DNA of 64,000 nucleotides from Daphnia carinata. Lineage: Eukaryota. The stretch covers positions 248,001 to 312,000 of the forward strand of contig NC_081333.1 in assembly GCF_022539665.2 (NCBI RefSeq). Reading direction: 5' to 3'. Below, piece after piece: positions 23,058 to 35,392 of the stretch (position 1 is its first letter; every line of letters starts with the position of its first letter). The notes under the pieces are model-generated. The model ran no database searches. It was given only the letters and a program-made list of their open reading frames with translations, and was not told the DNA's origin. A program made the position numbers and the translations under genes.

Positions 23058-25898
23058 TTATTCCTCGTCGATGATGCGCGGCCATTTCGCAGCTGGAGGA
23101 GACGAACGAGGTGAGATCGGCGACGATGAGGAAGAGCTGCTAGATGTTGTGAAGATTTCGACTTTTAAACTGGAAACGTCTTCACCGAGTCTTCGACGGC
23201 GTCGATCACGCAGAGCCAACAATTCCGCACGCGACTTATGAAACATGTTCAAGTGATGCCAGTGCAAATCCCGATTTTTGGTAATGACACAAACGATCTT
23301 CGAGTCTTGGTATTTAATTTCGACATCAGCACTGTGTCCAGATTTGACTTGATCGGGTCCAAATAAGAGCTCAATCCATTTCTCTGCTTGGCTTCGGCTA
23401 TTGAAACCGCTAACAGTGTGCCTCACAGACGACGAAGCGAAAAAATCATCCAAAAAAGCATTGGCAATGAAAGCCGTGCTCTTTTGGTTCCACGTGAAAA
23501 TCGGGATAGTCATTTTCTCAAGGTGGCCAATGCGGATGTTGACTAGAAAGCTTAGCGCCCATTTGCCGCCCAGCGTGGTAACAGCCTTATTCCAAATTTC
23601 AGGAGAGGAGACGATCAACTCAATTGCGGTTCTCTGGGTAGCGATGGTATGGGTAAATTCCTTCAGCAAGACAGCGTCGTCCAGTTTCAGATAGAAGAGC
23701 ATAACGTCCACGACCAATTCTTCGGGAATGTAACAAGACAGTAAATGGCGATGCAAATCCCTTTGCAATCTTTGATACACCTGGTTGTTTTCCAGGTAGA
23801 CGCTGCATGTTTTCTGAATGCCTTCAATCACTGCGAAGAGCTTTTGGAGCGGAAGTGATTTAAGTCCGATGCAAAGAGAATATATCCGATATAGTCCAGC
23901 GCCATCAAATTGGTGCATGCGAAGAATCATGGATGTGCAGGCGACAATGGCGGAAATGGTCAAATTAGGCAGCATGCTGCAAGTTTTGATTTGCAGCATT
24001 GCAACGAGCCTATTGCCGATATTTTTGCCGATTTCAGGGAGTCCGAGATCGAAGAAGGCCAGTGCAAAATGAGCAAAATTTTCCATTTGATCTTTGATAC
24101 GCTTAAGTGACAAGAGTTTTTCGATAGAAATGATTGAAGCCGAATTCCATCCGATAACCATGATCAGATTGGCGGTTTCAATGGCGATTGCTTTATTCCG
24201 GATTCCTTCGTAATCGGCTTGCTCTCTTCCTGGGAAATTCGAAGCCAATATTTCCAGTAACTTCAAACCTTCTGTTTTCGCTCTCAGTCGAACGCAAAGA
24301 GATAACAAACGCCTCGTTCGCTCTTCTCTGTCATTCGCGCCTATCCAAACTCGTTCCGGAAAGCCTTGGCAGAATGTTATTACTGCATTCAGGGTTCTCA
24401 CATCCGGATGCATTTCGAGTCGATCCAGCGCAGCCGTGAAATTGCCGAGTAAGAACATTTTCAGAGAGTTCTTGGGAAAGATAATCAGCACAGCTCGCGG
24501 CTCCCGCAACCAACGCAACAGACCCAATTCTTTATGGCCGTCGGTGACATCATAGACCATATTTTCACAGTCGAAGACGGTTACAGTGGGACGGGTGTTG
24601 TACACGTTTCGGTTGAAAAGGATCGTTTCCGAACCAAGGTCGACATCGATTGGAACGCATTCCATTGTTTTGCCATCAACACCTGTCAGGCTAAGAATCT
24701 TGACACCATTTCTCAGGTTAGGTTGCAGATGGGCTCTCCGACGCACCCGTTTATGACAGCTACAAACTTTGGAAACGTAGCAGATGCAGCTGGAATCAGG
24801 GCAGTCTGAATCCGTGTTTTCACTGTCTTCTTGGTCCGAGAGGGTAATGGTAAGTCCATGCGCTTGAAAGTGACTCAGGTACGTATCGACACTATCAACA
24901 GATCGGAGTAGTCCGGCCAAAAGGCGATCTCTGCCTTTCAGGCTATGAAAATTGAGCTGAGTTGGACTGTAGCGATGATCAAGTACTAAGGCTAGCATCC
25001 TGGGGTAATCATTCTCATTCGTGGTCCACTGCGTTAAAATGTCTTGAATGTGACCGATGGCTAGAAAGGAATGGAGATTCGCTGGTGGGGATAAGGTGTT
25101 ATGAAATATTTGCTCCTCGAGTACCAAGTCAAAGACCATGGCCAACCGCCAGCCAAACGTCACCTTTTCCAGTTGATGGTCGCAGTCGGAATAGAAAGCC
25201 GTCACGTGGTAATGACGATCACTATCTTCACAGACGTTGAACAACTGTATTTGTTCGTTAAGTTCCACTTTGATTCGGCCTTCTTCATGTCCACCCTCAA
25301 CTGGGATTTGTAAAATCATCTTCATAAATCCAGCTATATAGAATAGGAATAAGTTCCACCTCATAAACAACTTAAGACAGAAAGTTGATTTACCATTATC
25401 TTCTTTGAAATTAAATTTTGCAAAGCCATCAGTGCCACAAATGAAGAAGTCCCGTAAGATGGTTTTGACCTTTACAACCAAAGGGTTTAGGCCCATGAGT
25501 AATAACATTTTATTAGTTAACTCTGGTAGAAAGTCAGAGAGCTTTGAGCTCTGAGCTTGAAGTGCCTCACAGTTACTGATCTGCCACATTTGTCCATACT
25601 TCACATATGAAGAATTGCCTGCTTTCGGACTACTCTTGGAAGCATCTCGAACAAGTTTTGAGACATTCTACAATTAAATGACTGAAATTTAGAGAAAAGT
25701 TTTGAAAGAACAAAGGAAAAACTATACACTCACATTAAGGGACACTGGTACACCAATAGCAGTCAGATGCTGAATGCTTATTTTGTTGGGCAACCCTTCC
25801 TCCAGTTTTAAACTTACTGCAAACTGGGACTCTTCTGACAAAATGTTACGATGGGTTCGTATGGCCTCCTCAACATTTTCTTTAAAACAGTCGTTCAT
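23058..25898 (-). CDS. Large protein with degenerate N-terminal 2OG-Fe(II) oxygenase-like domain (paralogue A)
   Basis: 3 exons from MNDCFKE; motifs LQIPVEGGHEEG, AFYSDCDHQLEKVTFGWRLAMVFDL and LDHRYS...LKGRD. Confidence 0.75.
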
Positions 25899-27230
25899 CT
25901 TGTCCGGTATATAAAATAAAGGCTGTTTCAGGCTGTATGCTTAAAAATATCTGGAAGAAAGAAGCTAAAAAATAAAATTCAGAAAAAAAGTTATCACAAG
26001 TGTTAATTATATTGTTTAATTCTAATTAAAGATTACTGTTTTCATTTACCAACAAGTATTTATTTATTAAGCACATTTAATTTTGTTTTCTCATACTCGA
26101 CTGCAACGTTTGTCCTGTTCTCATGAACTCCTTGTAACCTTCTGACGCAAACGCCATCTATTAGTCATTATTCTATATTACGTAAAATCTCAAACCAAAC
26201 AAAGGGATGCTGATTTCGTTTGAGGAATAACTTAAAAATCAGTTGACATCTTGAATTACGGAAATAACTTACGAATCCGTTGACATCCTGAATTTCAACG
26301 AAGCAGTTTGTGGGCTCTATAGTTGCTGGCAAGATGTTCAAAAGAACCGTGACTAATACCAGCCCTGTTGCTGAAAGAGCTGAAATTTGGAAATGGCCGC
26401 CAAAATAAGTTACGGTTCTGAATATTGATTGGCATTGAAACAGGTTTCTCGTGATTACTTGCCGTCCTAGTTGTCCTCATCACCTTGCAACATCATGAAT
26501 ATCAAAAGACATTAGTTTAACGTACTAGCCCACGTTGATGATCATGTAAATCACGTGAGACGGAAAGAGAAATACACGTTGAAAATGATTTGCGACACGA
26601 ACTTCAAATGAAATAAACGACACCAAGCTGTATAGTGTTACAACAACTGTGGCAATGCAAATAAGTAGAAAAACAGTTATAATTATAATACAACATCGCG
26701 TTCTCTTCGACGGAAAAAAAATGTTGCAAGTATTGAAAAAAGATGGAACCTTTCCATCTATGGAACAAACTGGATTTTGAAAGGTTTCACTTTCGAGAAT
26801 CATGCATAAGTGAGCATCTTGTGATCAGACTTCAACACTTGTGTAGGGTGACGCCCCGAAAACCTAAGATAAGTACTTCCTTAAAAGAAAACAAGTTTTA
26901 TTGGCATAACGGAACGGGGAATGACAGTTGGAAATCAGCCCAGATTTTTGTAACGTTGTCCTTGCTATATTAGAAATAACAAAAATAGTAGTAATAAAAA
27001 AGGCTATCGAACAATCGACATTAACCATGACTTCCAGATAGTCTCGAAGCCTTGATCTGCTGGATAAATGGCAATTGGGAGGGGGGGGGGGGGGGGGAAA
27101 CCGAGACATTTTTCACTGCTTGACAAGAGCACTAACAGACGCGATAAATCAAAGTCAAATACCTTTTATTGACTTCTCTCTTCAACACGTCTAAAACCGA
27201 AAATCGTCCCAATTCACGCCAATAGTAGAA

Positions 27231-28892
27231 TTAACCAGATGCGGGAACGGTCGCCCACTCGCAATCAAACCAGTCGTCCTCAAACTTCCAGGAAAATACA
27301 ACAAGTGTATTACCTTTTGAAGTGTAAGCTTTGTTGGCAATTGGCGGATAAGCAATAACATTGGCTCCGGCATCCCGCCCGTCGTAAAACTGATAACAAA
27401 AAGCAATGTATATTAATGTCGATTAATAATAACAAACATTCATCTAAAGACTTAAGACACGAAAGAACGAACGGTTCTTTCAAACGTATGGTAAAGTGAC
27501 TCACTCTCAATGAACTCAGCACAGTTGTTAGTTTGACGACCGAGCACGAAATTCGTATTAACTGATCAGTGCGGGCGGTAATAGTAAATGGACAAAATCT
27601 GGGTCCATCCATTCCGACGTCGTCTAATGGTTGGATGGTTCCGTTGGGTGATTTTGCTCTCTTATCAAAGCAAACTATAAAAAAAAAAAATAAAAAAAAT
27701 ATCCATAAATCGGCCTGGTGAATAAACATTGTGATAATTGCAATTACGTCGGTATGTAGGTGTTGTGGTCGTCTTCCAGGTGCAGTCAAACCGACATCGT
27801 TTGTTGTTGAAACTATCAGCTTGTATGACCATTTTATTTCCTTTTGAAGTATAATTCCTGTCTATGATTGGTCTGGCAGAAATCAAGCCGGCCTCGTTCA
27901 TCCAGCCCCTTTCCTCGTGGAACTACGATAAAGTTAATTTAAAGATTATTGTGATTGTTCAACTGTCTCACTTTCAATCCGCAGCCGCTGACGAGGCTGA
28001 CGACAGAGCACGATAATTGAACGCGTTGATCAAGAGGTACGACGATCGAGAACGTGCAAAATCTGTGCGATTCTTCTGCTAAATCCACCGCCTGGATGGT
28101 TCCATTAATGGTTTTTGCCTCCGTGTCACGACAGACTGGAAATGAAAAATGATTTCCAATTACGTAATAAGCACGAAGATCTAAAACATTAAAAATTACG
28201 TTTGTAGATGGGGTACGAATCGGTGGTCTTCCACTTGCAATTAAACCAATCAGCATCTTTGACGATTTGAGAATAGACGGCCATTGCATTGCTTTTTGAT
28301 GTGTAGACACGGTTGATGACAGGCTGTTTAGCGATGGCTCCATCTTTCTCTCTAAACTAATCAGTTTTCAATCGAACAATTAGACGAATGTGATGAAAAA
28401 GGAAACGTGAAAATGAAGAGCCAGGAGAAATAAGGGAACTGACTTCCAAGTAACTTCCTGTGCTTGTGAGGTTGACAACCGAGCACGATATTTGAATACG
28501 CTGTCCATGAAGTGCAATGACGGTAACGGTATGTCCTGTTTGTAATTTTGAATGTTTCCTGGAATCTAAATAGGGTTGAATGGTACCGTAGGACATTGCC
28601 CGACTATTACGGCCAACTGGAAAAACGATTGTCAACCTTATTAAAATGAAAATAGGAAAGACATGGTTCAAAGATGTACCATAGGAAATGATGTAATCAC
28701 GTGTACGAGGATAAAGCTGCCATTTTATTGTTGGTTTTCGATCCACAAGCTGTAGATTATTCTCGGATTGCACAGCATTCAGCACGAAGCAAATCTAATA
28801 AGAACCATTAGCCAATTAAAATAATGACCATTTAACAAATGATTACTCACCAACAGGCTAAGAACATTAAGGCTGGCAGTCACGTTCGCCAT
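27231..28892 (-). CDS. Secreted protein with three CUB-like repeats
   Basis: Signal peptide, then three two-exon repeats (GTIQ...ISCSVV.L | P...R.YTSK.N...WF.C.W); ends ...ATVPASG*. Confidence 0.75.
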
Positions 28893-30387
28893 TTGACTAC
28901 GTGAGAATTCGGAAAAAGAGCAACAAAAACTGGGCTACGAGATTTTAAAACACGACCGTTTGGTCGGCGGTCATGGACAGGATTACCATGGAGGAAGGGA
29001 ATCGACGATGTCACAGTACTTTTGGTGGCTAAAACCTGTGATCCCCAATTCCCACGAATTCATACATATTCAGCAACAGGCATAATAAAAAACGCAAATT
29101 CAAGAAAACTAAAATTGAAAAATAATCTTTGGAAACTTTGTGGCTGATTGGAGGAATTCTTGAGAATTCCGGAGTCAAATGATGTTACGGATAACTGAGT
29201 TAAGAAAAAAAAATGTGCGTGCAATCGTAAGACGTGTCTTTAGACCGGTCTTCCGACAGACTACGTAACACTAAAGAAATACAGCATCATGCAAAAAAAT
29301 AATCAGTTGCTGTCAATGACTACCAAAACAAGTTTCAACATGTGCAACAATAGACGATAAAAAAATGTCGCGATTCAACGAGATTAAAGGATACCTCCTA
29401 AGATGCATTGAACGACTTGATTAATTTGTTTGAAAGAATTTCTGACCTACAACACGTCATGTGAACAATTACGTGGCGAACGAATAAACAACGTCACACC
29501 ACCAACACCTTTCCAGGTCAATTTTCCAGACGCAACACATTTAACCTCGTGTCATCTCACTTGGACGCTACATTAACAAACCCGTTTGCTTTTACAGCTC
29601 ACTTTAAATTAGCAATCGATCAATTCTTTTTCAATTCAATGTTATCGAAGGTTCCTGTTCCACCAACGCAGGGCGTCACCATTTTTAGAACAAAGACTTA
29701 ACAGATAAAAAAAACGTGATCGAGTAGTAACCAAATAGAGTTTATACCTGGCATCCACGAGAATGTTATTTTCGGAAGAATGGCGAGTCCTTTCAATCAG
29801 GTTCAGTCGCCATACAGGTAAAATATCAGTTATTCCATTAGGGATGGACGACCAACAACCAACCGAAGGAGTTGGGCTGAATTTCCCAATTGACGAAAAA
29901 CTAAATAGAGCTATTGGTAATGTGAAGTAACTTGATTTCTAATCATTTAACGCACAGTGTTAGTTTCCTCGAACAATTCAACGTGGTCAATGGTGGAGCT
30001 CTGCATTGTTATCCCGCCAAGTAGCGACAATGACTAGCTTAGCGGGAATGGAAGCCTGACAGATGGCGTTGAGAACAAAGACAATTTTTTCCAACCATTA
30101 TTTTACAAACAAAGAAAAGAAGTTGAAAATTCAATGAAATTAAATACACCAAACAGCCAACAATTGACACTGATACTGGAAACGGTTGAAAAATAACTTT
30201 ATCTTGGTCCATATTTTTAAAAAACATTAAAACAGTCTTATAGACGTCACATTAAAAAGTACAGTACTAAACTTGATCAGATGAAACAAAAACTGGCAAA
30301 AACAGTAAAAACATAAATGATTGAATGAACACTTCAGTTTCCGACAAGAATATGAAGTATGCTTCCAAGTTATTGATACTCAAATAA

Positions 30388-33300
30388 TTAAACAAGATCT
30401 GATTTGATTCGTTTGGCAGGCGATGCAATCGATTCTTCTTTAACATGGAGGGCTTCATGCGGATTAGGGACAGCTGCTGACGGATTAACGTTGGATTGCA
30501 AAAGAGTGGCCACAACGAAGGGTCTTTTAGCTACTCGTGGTCTTTTGGGAGTTGACATTGGCGAAGATGCATTAGTGGATATCAAAGGTTTAACACCAGA
30601 AATATTAGGTTTCTGTTCTACAGGAAATTTGATTGACTGCAGGGAAGGAAAAGCTTGTTGACTGATTTGATTCCGTGAAAGAACCATGGCAGGATTGGAT
30701 TTTGTAATGACTGTCACCTTCTTTACGGTTGTCTTAGTATCAGCACAACTTTCCGTACTTGAAGATTCTGCCATCACTTGTTGAACAGCAGAGGTAAGTG
30801 TCTTTACGGCAAACTGGCCATTGGACATGAGCTTAACTGACTGGGTCCCTGCTCCATTTAGGACCACAGGATTTGAGGTAACAGGGGTGTGTGGCAATAC
30901 AGCAGTAACGGGAGCACTCTTCACCCATACAAGTTCACTTCCAGGTATTGGTTCTCCAGATTGGAGGGCCTCAACAGCACAGATCTCATTGGTTTCTTCA
31001 TTCTTGACAATAGAATAGAGAGTGTCACCGAGTCTCTTCAGACGCTGTTCAATTAACTCCATCAATTCTTTATGGCATATAGCAGCCTTTATGTCATTTC
31101 CCACGTGACGCATTCTCGATTTAGTGATTTCACAATAGGCTCTCCATCCAATGCCTCCGACTTCAATTTCTGCGTAATGACAGATCTCGTGATAATGCTT
31201 TCTCCTCCAATTGCGGGCATGTTGGATGTTGTTGAAATTGGAGTAGGTCATTGATCTCTCGTTTGAGCGCATAAACTCTTCGACTAAAGGGTGGCCAGCA
31301 ACTGAGGCATTAGGCACTGCCCAAGTAGCTATGGGTTTAGGAATAGCTATTAGCCATTGAATCCGACTATCGACTAATGGAGCCGCAATTTTCTTATGGT
31401 CCGTAGACTCTTCGACGAATTTCCAGAAGGCTTCTCTGCCAATAAAATCGCGTAGAACTCCATTTTCCTGGTTATCTTTACTCTTGAGTTGGCTGATAAG
31501 GGCATCGGATAACGTGGAATCGCCGCTGGAAACTAGAAGCTTCAAAGCTGAAAGTATTGCTTCCGGCGGGGTGGATGGTATAATTAATCCAGTAAGATGA
31601 AGACAGAGCCTATAATACCATAAAACCGCGGTGTCTGGAATGCGTTCGGATGGTCGTGCATCCAAGAATTGTTGGACAAGGCTTAACAATTCGAATACAG
31701 TCACAAAACTTGTAAATTTTTTTTTTACATGAGTTGCGAGATTGGCTAGTCGTTGTGGATGTTTCGTTACGAGATTTTCGTCGAACGTTACCATCAAGTC
31801 AATACAGTCAGCCAAAACAGGGATTTCGAGTGAAGCCATGACGTTACCAGTGAACAAGATCATGCAGATTTTGGTCACGACAACCGTAGCTTTTTGGTAA
31901 TTTCCAATATTCAGCAACGCACGGGTCAAGCGCGAGTAGTGGCGCATTTGTTCTTGAGCGCGATTGCAACTGATTAATTTTCCTATGGAACTTTTGCAAG
32001 CATTCCAGTCGACGGATGAGATCACTTTGGCTAAGAGGTCCGTCATTTCTTCAGTATGAATGCCTTCAGTGTCTGCTAGAATTTCCAATAATCGAATGAC
32101 TTTGTCGTTCGCACCATGTCGGAGACAGAGTTTCAGCAAACGCGTGCTAGCATTTTCTGTTTTCCAAGCAATACCAGGGTGCTCTCGGCAGAAAGTTATG
32201 ACTTCATCCAAAGAACATAGAACTCGCTTTTTTGTTTGTTGTTCAAGGGTGTCCAGTAGGAATTCAAACCTATGGAAACAGTCAAGTTGCACAGAGCGCT
32301 CCTTGTGCCAGATAACTAGCATGGGTCGATAAAACCATTGTTCCAATAAGCACGACCCAGGTTGAAGGAGTTCTTCAGTTGGTTTTTCGAAAAAGATAGG
32401 CCCATCGCCCACTATTTCTGTTTTCATGTTGATGTTTAGATTATCAAAATGCATTTCTTGATTCAATGGGTCGAGCCACTTGGTAGTCGAAATTTTCTCT
32501 TTGGATATTCCGACCATAACAACTTCTTCGCAGGGGCATTTACGTCTGAGACAACACGGACATCCCAATCGTTGGTTTGCCTACAAAAAGAAAGGTGATT
32601 AAAACGCAGAACCAACAAATGACTATTTAATGACATTATTAACCTTGCCCATGCGGTAGTGGCAGACAAGGGCCAACCGAACATGAAGAAAATTCATAGA
32701 AATAAATAAATCAAGCAGACGACGTGTTCCAGGGGCCAAAGACGAAAATGAAACTTCGTCCTTGTCTAACGGAATGGCCAAAAGGCGATCAGGGCCTCTT
32801 GGACTCAGTTCTAGCAAAATACTAGCAACATCTTTCAAGTAATTAGTTGAGGGAAACAACGTAGAAGGGTTAGCACAAAGAAGATCGAAGATCATCATCA
32901 CCCTCGAGCCGCTGCTCATTTCTGTCATTTGACAAGAGGCATTTGAAACGAAGATTGTGTAGTAAAACAATCTGCTGCTGTCCAGTGCGTTTTCGAATGA
33001 GCACGATTGATTTTCTCGCATCACTTTGATGGTGCCACCTTCGTGGCCACTTTGAAACGGAAGTTGCACAATCATAGTAGCAAAGACATCTGCAATCAAA
33101 TTAATAGGATTAGATAAGCTGCTTAGTGCCATGTTAGTGGGGTTTACCAGGGGTGTTATTCGTCGGATAGATTATCGTTCCAGTTCCAGGTTCCATAATC
33201 GTCAATTTTCGCGGTCGGACACTTAATCCCTGCACTTGTTCTCGGCTAAATTTTAATTGCCTTAGGGCCAGATCAGTCATAACAGGAATGGTGTGGTTGA

Positions 33301-33663
33301 GGTATTTAGCAAAGTGAGAATTCTCCATCTCTATTACGTCTAACTGTAGATTCATTTCCCATAGCCCTTTCAGGTTCTGAACAGGTTCTGAAGCCGATTT
33401 CAGTTTCACTAAATCCTAAAAAGAAAAAGGTTACACAGTTTTAAAAATTTGAAGGTAGATGATAATGATTAACACATTTTAACCTCTAAAAGTATTGGAA
33501 TGGAAACTTCTCCTATTCCTTTGAAGGATAAGCTTGGCAATACCCGCTGCTCAACACTCTCCAGAACCTTCAATCCAAATCCCGGACTATTTTGTGGTTG
33601 CTGATCAGGCCCACCTTTAAAAGCTTTAAGCTTTTCAGCAAATAATTTCCGATTTACTTGCAT
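30388..33663 (-). CDS. Degenerate 2OG-Fe(II) oxygenase-like protein (paralogue B) with low-complexity C-terminal tail
   Basis: 4 exons; FATMIVQLPFQSGHEGG and SGSRVMMIFDL. Shares VITFC..P...W, RLL.LC.R and W...A......EEF..S blocks with paralogue A. Confidence 0.75.
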
Positions 33664-35392
33664 TATGGGTGATGAAATAACAGTGTCCTTTGTCGGAATT
33701 TAGGAGAACTCCAAGACGTTACTGGCTGTTAAAGAAAATAACATCAATTTTTGTCTTTTTTTGGTTGAAATTTTCATGGCATGGTACTAATCAATATGGA
33801 AAATCTAGTTGTTTCAACAATGACTACTGATAAAACCAATGAAGATAAGTTTGCATTAGGTAATACCTTTGTTCACATTAATCTTGATGTTGAAAGCCTC
33901 ACTCATTTGAACCATTTATTAAAAGCACGAATTTTCCATTTACACAGTGTGACCCCTCTTTTCTAATGGAGCCCATATGTATGTTTCAAAATAAATCTCA
34001 CAGACTGCTGACAATGAACTGAAGACTGGGAAACTTAAGCCGGAACACAGGTTATTGTTCTTGAACTGCCCACCAGGGAGTGCAGTTTGCCGCCATTGAC
34101 ATTTCATTGAATAGTTAAGAGCTATGTCTACTATTAAATTTCTTATCTCATTTTTACTGATATATCATTATCTAATTGCAACACCCCAAATTTCCGTGTG
34201 GACGTCTTGCTATGTTCACGTGAACAGCAATAAAACGACGTAAGTTTTCGTGTGGGTGGATCTACCTTTTACCTAATGATCCGCGTTATCAAGGAATAGC
34301 TGTCGAAGCTGTAACGTATCTTGAGTGCCATCAATATCAATATTATGTAGCAAGAGCTTGAACCACATTTTTTTGCACGACACTCAATTGCATTTAAGAA
34401 GTCATGTATTTCTTTTCTGCTGAGACGCAGTTTTTCTCTAAAAACGATCAGCTGGCATCCCATCCACGTTGCCAGGTCAAGATTAGCCGCCATCTTTAAC
34501 AACAGCCACAAAACGTTGCACCGTTCTGTGTGATTGTAAAAATCCACAGCCACAACTCCAGCGAATGAATATTTTTTTGGTTTCTTTTGCAGAATTAGAC
34601 AGTACCGTGAACAGTGAATTTCTGATAACAAATTCACCTAACCTGTTTCCATCAGTGTATTTTAGCGACTTTCTTTTTAAAAAACTACTTCCGAGGTATT
34701 TTTTCAATGGAGGCAATTCAATTCGTGAAATTCCCTATCTGTTTTCCTTCTGGTGTTAAAATATTCTACGTTTTGAGTCATAATCCTCTTGGACGAAAAA
34801 AAAATAGATGTTAAATTTGTTTAACATTTTTCCGTTAGAATTTGGAGATTACCATGAAACAAATTGGCAAACGCGTGAGGTGGCAGTCAATTGTTTGTAT
34901 TGTTTGTGCTTATTTTTGTATCAGTAATTAGACTTTTGTTTTTGTACACTCGAGCCGGTTGCAGTTGAAGGGCGTGTTAATATAAAAGAGAAGGTCATAA
35001 TCAAAAATAATAGTAAAACGCATATCACAACGACAGACATTATGAATTGAATTCAGTGAAAAAGAGCAACATGAAAGGGTCGGGCTAGACACCATGTCAA
35101 GAATGCAAAATGTGGACAAACAAACAAAAAGAAAGAAAAATAAATCACAAACAGGTACATTCTTTTTTGTCAATTACAATCTCCGCACCCTGTGACGAGA
35201 CGACGACGAGTTATTGTGTCTTGCTGAATTTCACATTTTTTATTTATTTTTTTTTTTTACAAAATTTTCACCATCAAAGCTGATTGAATTAATAGCAGCA
35301 CGTTATTAATCTCTGTCAAATTGATTCACCCCCTTCAAAAACAAAATGAAGGTTCTCTATTGTTTTGCATTGTTCGTTTTGTTTTGTTCTGT

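Noticed and set aside
26295..26803. Possible type II membrane protein exons
   Set aside because: A hydrophobic stretch is present but no coherent gene model could be built.
34269..34493. Minus-strand ATGGCG frame upstream of oxygenase paralogue B
   Set aside because: Could not be spliced in frame to the downstream CDS; may be UTR or chance.
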